From an uncultured archaeon (GTDB lineage Archaea > Thermoplasmatota > Poseidoniia > MGIII > CG-Epi1): DNA of 40,580 nt. A program made the position numbers and the translations under genes. The stretch is taken from the NCBI GenBank assembly GCA_964626865.1, contig CAZVIT010000002.1, positions 1 to 40,580 of the forward strand, read 5' to 3'. A model generated the notes under the pieces. That model was not told the DNA's origin. It saw only the letters and a list, made by a program, of their open reading frames with translations, and made no database searches. How positions within the stretch are numbered: the stretch's first letter is position 1; each line of letters starts with the position of its first letter. Positions 37,696-40,580 of this stretch are shown here, one piece after another.

Positions 37696-38805
37696 ATGGA
37701 AGAAAGCCCTGTAGAAATAAAAGCATCAAGAATACCAAAAATCGATAAAATTATAAATTACAAAGATTTATTTGGAGAATACCCCATAATATTTGCAATT
37801 AAAATAATCTCTAGTTTATCTCTAATATATGTAATTAGTGAATTTTACATTTATCATAATCCGATGGATTCTCTTGTCACTAAATATCTTGGAGATTCTT
37901 TAAAAGGTTTTGACCCGCAACCGGATGTCTTTGTTCCGTGGGGCTTTGCAGCGGGTTTTCTTTTTTATATTTTTACTATCTTTAAAGGGAAATACAAATT
38001 CTTCTTATTCATATTAATTGCTGGAAGTCTAGGCCATTATATTGCTGATCCAGCTATAGATGTGCAACAAGGTGAATATCTTATTCCCTCCAAAGTTGAA
38101 ATTGAGAATAGCGAAGAAGATGCTACAGAATGGAAATGGAAACCTGTTAAATTAATATATGATGATGTCGAAGAAACAAATAATAGAATTGATGACATAT
38201 CAGTTAGACTTACAAATATTATTTTTGGATCAATGCCCTTCTTTGGGGCTTATGGAATATGGAAGAGAAAAGGCTGGGCAATTGCTGCATCTATTGGTTT
38301 AGCAATTATTATTGGATTTCTGTATACGCCTAATTTATGCCTTGAGAATTTTGAAGAAGATTTTTGTGGGTATGACACAAAGCAAGAGGAAAAAACTTGG
38401 AGTGAGTATTTGTCAAGCGGGATTTTTATTGGCCTAGGATTTGTAATTTATATTGAATTATCATATGCTGCGATAAAATATGAAAACTATGCCGAACAAT
38501 TCAAACCTGCTGGCCTAGATGTTGCTCTCTTAACTGATGCTCAAAGAAAGAGTGTTTCTAAAACTTTGAGAACACTATTTGTGAGTTATTTAGTTAACCT
38601 CGCTGTAATTCTATTTGCAACATTTATTATTGCAGAAGTGGTAATAAATATTAACGATTATCTATCCACAAGTGATGGACAAATACAGGATTCTATCGAA
38701 TTACAAGGCCCATATGGCATTGTCTTTACTTCACTCCTATTTTTCTTATTATTAGGTATCATTAGGATGTTCATAGGTCCAGATAACAAAATTGAAGAAA
38801 CTTAG
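37696..38805 (+). CDS. Polytopic membrane protein, no recognisable family (fifth gene of the MoxR operon)
   Basis: 369 aa with about 7-8 hydrophobic helices and two acidic loops (EIENSEEDATEWKW, ENFEEDFCGYDTKQEE). The start directly abuts the DUF58 stop (TAA|ATG). Confidence 0.55.
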   Translation: MEESPVEIKASRIPKIDKIINYKDLFGEYPIIFAIKIISSLSLIYVISEFYIYHNPMDSLVTKYLGDSLKGFDPQPDVFVPWGFAAGFLFYIFTIFKGKYKFFLFILIAGSLGHYIADPAIDVQQGEYLIPSKVEIENSEEDATEWKWKPVKLIYDDVEETNNRIDDISVRLTNIIFGSMPFFGAYGIWKRKGWAIAASIGLAIIIGFLYTPNLCLENFEEDFCGYDTKQEEKTWSEYLSSGIFIGLGFVIYIELSYAAIKYENYAEQFKPAGLDVALLTDAQRKSVSKTLRTLFVSYLVNLAVILFATFIIAEVVININDYLSTSDGQIQDSIELQGPYGIVFTSLLFFLLLGIIRMFIGPDNKIEET

Positions 38806-40040
38806 GATATTTCAATAACTTCATTTTCTTGAGGCAAAATAAGTTCATAATCTTTTAAATCTTCTTTGAAAGCTTCTCGATTATCGCCATGGTAAAGAAT
38901 AACTTTTTCTGGATTGCATGCCTCAATAAAATCAACAATTTGACTATGGCCTGCATGCCCACTAAGATCAAAGGACTTTAATTGACAATTAATATCCACA
39001 AGAGGAGATGAATCTCCTCTTTCCAGCCTAAGTTTACTTGTTTCCTTCAATAAATGTCCATTTGTACCTGGAACTTGGAAACCTGTCAAAAACACTGCTG
39101 AGGAAGGATTCTTACGTATTTCTGATAAGTAATGTAAAACAGGTCCTCCGTTTAGCATTCCCGAGGTAGTAACTATGACATCGCCCTTCATTGCTGCCTT
39201 TCTTTGGCGTGAGTATTTAACAAAATTAGTATTTCTAAATGCCTTGTTCATTCCTCCTACATCTCTTATTGCACCAGGATATTTTTGTAATATTCGAGCT
39301 ATATCTCTACCCATTCCGTCAAGCCAGACTTCACAACCTAACTTTTCAACGAGCATCAATAACTCTTGGGATCTTCCTAAACCGAATGAAGGAAGTACTA
39401 CTTGCCCTCCCATATTTACTACATCTTCTACAGAATCGACTAACTCTTTTTCTGTTTCAACTCTATCAGGATGCTCTCTTCCCCCATATGTTGATTCTAT
39501 TGCTAATGTTTTACATTGACGAGGCTTAGCTGCACGAGTAAGTTGAGTATTTACGGTATGGATATCTCCTGTGAATAAAAAATCTTCTTGTGGGAAATTA
39601 TACATTACGGCTCCAGGAATGTGGCCTGCATTGTAAACATTAAACTCGAAACCTCCTCTATATTCTACATTTCCTGGAAGAATTCCTCTATGATTTTGTA
39701 CCAAATCAGAAATTGCTGTTTTGTGAAAAGGCAATGGATAATTTTCTATTTCGGCAACTCTTAATGTGTCTTGAGCCATTCGTTCTGCAAGATCTCCAGT
39801 TACTGGTGTAGAAACTATAGGAGTTCCTCTGCTAGCAATTTTTGGAACTAGACCACAATGATCTAAATGTGCATGAGTAAGTAAAAGAGCATCTACCTCA
39901 GGGGCTGGTAAAGGGTATTTTGGAGGGTCATCTGGTTGTAAACCATAATCAAGTAACAAACGTCCATTATTGCCCTCTAAGATTGCACCTATTCTACCTA
40001 CTTCCGAGGCTCCGCCTAAGTATCTTAATGTTGCTGGCAT
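38802..40040 (-). CDS. MBL-fold beta-CASP ribonuclease, aCPSF2-like (no N-terminal KH domains)
   Basis: 412 aa. The metallo-beta-lactamase motif 2 is LLTHAHLDHCG. The later beta-CASP motifs are compatible (IESTYGG, SGHAGHSQI, ILYHGD). Confidence 0.75.
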   Translation of the reverse strand: MPATLRYLGGASEVGRIGAILEGNNGRLLLDYGLQPDDPPKYPLPAPEVDALLLTHAHLDHCGLVPKIASRGTPIVSTPVTGDLAERMAQDTLRVAEIENYPLPFHKTAISDLVQNHRGILPGNVEYRGGFEFNVYNAGHIPGAVMYNFPQEDFLFTGDIHTVNTQLTRAAKPRQCKTLAIESTYGGREHPDRVETEKELVDSVEDVVNMGGQVVLPSFGLGRSQELLMLVEKLGCEVWLDGMGRDIARILQKYPGAIRDVGGMNKAFRNTNFVKYSRQRKAAMKGDVIVTTSGMLNGGPVLHYLSEIRKNPSSAVFLTGFQVPGTNGHLLKETSKLRLERGDSSPLVDINCQLKSFDLSGHAGHSQIVDFIEACNPEKVILYHGDNREAFKEDLKDYELILPQENEVIEIS

Positions 40041-40049
40041 CGGGTTAGC

Positions 40050-40580
40050 CTAATCCCAATCATCCCAATCATCATCTGAAGAAGAAGCTGCAGTATTTGA
40101 TGATTCAAGACTTGGAGGACTATTAGGAGGTGATTCATATTCATCTTCATCGTCCCAATCTTCATCGTCTTGCTGATTATAGGAGATAGCTCCTACTACT
40201 ATTATCAAAGCAAAGAAAACAAAAATATACCACAAATCAGATATTGCTGTAGTCAATCTAGCTGTAAAGCCTTGTTCTACATCTATAACAAATGATTGTT
40301 TTTTATCTCCCTCATTAATTTCACTAAATACTGAGATTGTAATACTCTCCTGATCACCATCTCTAGCTTCGTCACTAACTACAATTTGTATTGGAACTGA
40401 GGTTGTGCGCCCAGCTTCCAACTCATATGCATTCTTTTCAATAAAAAGAACTCTCCATCCAGATGGAACTGACGTTGCTGAAAGTGTAAACTTATCAGCT
40501 GCATTTGCTTTATTTTCTATGACTAATTGAAACGTAAAACTGTCACCTGGAGCCAAAGTTTCTCTATACTGCAATGAAGA
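40050..40580 (-). CDS. Partial (C-terminal part) surface/membrane protein: NEW3/CARDB-like beta domain, TM helix, acidic Trp-containing cytoplasmic tail
   Basis: The reading frame is open to the window edge, and the listed start at 40574 is a TTG inside an open frame. LAPGDSFTFQLVIENKANAADKFTLSATSVPSGWRV is typical of COG1470/NEW3-type archaeal envelope domains. The TM helix is LWYIFVFFALIIVVGAISY, and the tail ends in SSSDDDWDDWD. Confidence 0.55.
   Translation of the reverse strand, partial: SSLQYRETLAPGDSFTFQLVIENKANAADKFTLSATSVPSGWRVLFIEKNAYELEAGRTTSVPIQIVVSDEARDGDQESITISVFSEINEGDKKQSFVIDVEQGFTARLTTAISDLWYIFVFFALIIVVGAISYNQQDDEDWDDEDEYESPPNSPPSLESSNTAASSSDDDWDDWD

Noticed and set aside
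24582-38805. tRNA-Asp as an integration site (attB) for a genomic island carrying the giant-gene operon
   Set aside because: No integrase or recombinase gene was seen, I could not find a direct repeat of the tRNA 3' end downstream, and there is no obvious compositional shift relative to flanking genes. Metagenomic recruitment would be needed to test for hypervariability.
40045-40053. Exact TTAGCCTAA (reverse complement of TTAGGCTAA; core GGTTAGCCTAA matches the DtxR box centre) 4 nt upstream of the beta-CASP start codon
   Set aside because: It overlaps the stop codon and last codons of the upstream gene (GAT TAG GCT AAC) in a 9-nt intergenic gap, so there is no room for a promoter. It has no second half-site. 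I treat it as coincidence unless a genome-wide motif scan says otherwise.

Overview
AT-rich 40.6-kb chromosomal segment, densely coding on both strands (about 30 genes plus one tRNA). No rRNA, CRISPR array or mobile element was seen. It most likely comes from an uncultivated marine archaeon of the Thermoplasmatota / Marine Group II-like type. That is an inference from four things: a wHTH-fused CTP-type riboflavin kinase, a KH-less aCPSF-type beta-CASP nuclease, TATA-like boxes about 25 nt upstream of several start codons (leaderless mRNAs), and an archaeal-looking tRNA-Asp. These sit beside bacterial-type dnaK/grpE, liv and etf modules. Left to right: partial cysS; GNAT acetyltransferase; a secreted M14 carboxypeptidase translationally coupled to an NSS-family Na+ symporter; a Zn-ribbon/SHOCT protein; dnaK-grpE; a small membrane protein; a class I/II aminotransferase coupled to msrA; a DtxR/MntR-family repressor coupled to a 10-TM metal transporter, with a clear palindromic operator; an EamA transporter; a livJ-livHM(fused)-livG-livF ABC importer; an RbkR-like HTH-riboflavin kinase; a membrane Fe-S oxidoreductase (frameshifted) with etfB-etfA; a 62-aa ORF; and tRNA-Asp(GTC). 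The stand-out follows: a 14-kb, five-gene, tightly coupled operon (24714-38805). Its first gene encodes a 3,081-aa surface protein with a signal peptide, a transglutaminase-like core, roughly 55-65 thrombospondin-type-3 Ca2+-binding repeats, about 8 Ig-like repeats, one TM helix and a cytoplasmic DUF4129-like tail. The other four genes encode a DUF4350-like membrane protein, a MoxR AAA+ ATPase, a DUF58 protein and an unrecognisable polytopic membrane protein. The window ends with a convergent beta-CASP nuclease gene and a partial surface-protein gene. All calls come from reading motifs in the supplied translations and DNA. No database search was run.
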